Origin: Mobula birostris
Taxonomy: Eukaryota
NCBI RefSeq assembly: GCF_030028105.1
Contig: NC_092382.1
Location: forward strand, 91,828,295-91,892,294
Direction of reading: 5' to 3'
Length of the DNA stretch: 64,000 nucleotides
Shown here: piece by piece, positions 63,673 through 64,000 of the stretch
Layout of the letters: every line of letters starts with the position of its first letter
Position numbering within the stretch: position 1 is the stretch's first letter
Notes under the pieces: model-generated
Database searches by the model: none
The model's input: only the letters and a program-made list of their open reading frames with translations
Told to the model about the DNA's origin: nothing
Position numbers and translations under genes: made by a program

Positions 63673-64000
63673 CGGCAGCCAGGGTTTATTCCCAATGGCT
63701 CCAGACTGTGATGTGATACTTCACACCAGATATTGTGATCACTCGCTGAAAATAATGCCGATAGCGGGAGAGAATGTTAATTCAGCAGAGGCCATAATGT
63801 TAGATCGACAATTTCGCTGTTTGTGCTTTGGAGCAGTCACATTTCAAGATTCATGATTTAAGTTTCACGATTGAATGATGTCATCCTCTGTAGAAAAGTG
63901 TAATGACAACAAATATTTGTTACTCCAAATATGATGCAGCACCAAAAATCTTAAAATATAAAATAAACATCAGGATATAAGGATTTACCTCTCAGGAAGT

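Overview
Repeat-dense vertebrate genomic DNA. The CR1, Penelope and V-SINE repertoire and the multicopy GPR139-like genes suggest a cartilaginous fish (inference). Three spliced genes can be reconstructed by hand from GT-AG boundaries. (1) A minus-strand 8-exon Siglec/MAG-like inhibitory receptor (34317 to 12489, 512 aa): signal peptide, V-set plus 3 C2-type Ig domains, TM and two ITIMs. Its V domain lacks the Arg that Siglecs use to bind sialic acid. (2,3) Two tandem plus-strand 2-exon GPR139-like class A GPCRs (45119-52720 and 59034-63672, 323 aa each) inside an old ~10 kb duplication, with patchy identity resembling gene conversion. The rest is mostly CR1, Rex1/Babar, R4-type, Penelope, Gypsy and Tc1 relics, solo LTRs, SINEs and minisatellites, plus an 811-N gap. 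The most notable non-gene signal is a dispersed family of ~180 bp hairpin elements: inverted arms enclose a minimal hammerhead ribozyme motif, and several copies are flanked by target-site duplications. Splice coordinates were read by hand and repeat boundaries are approximate. No searches or computations were run.
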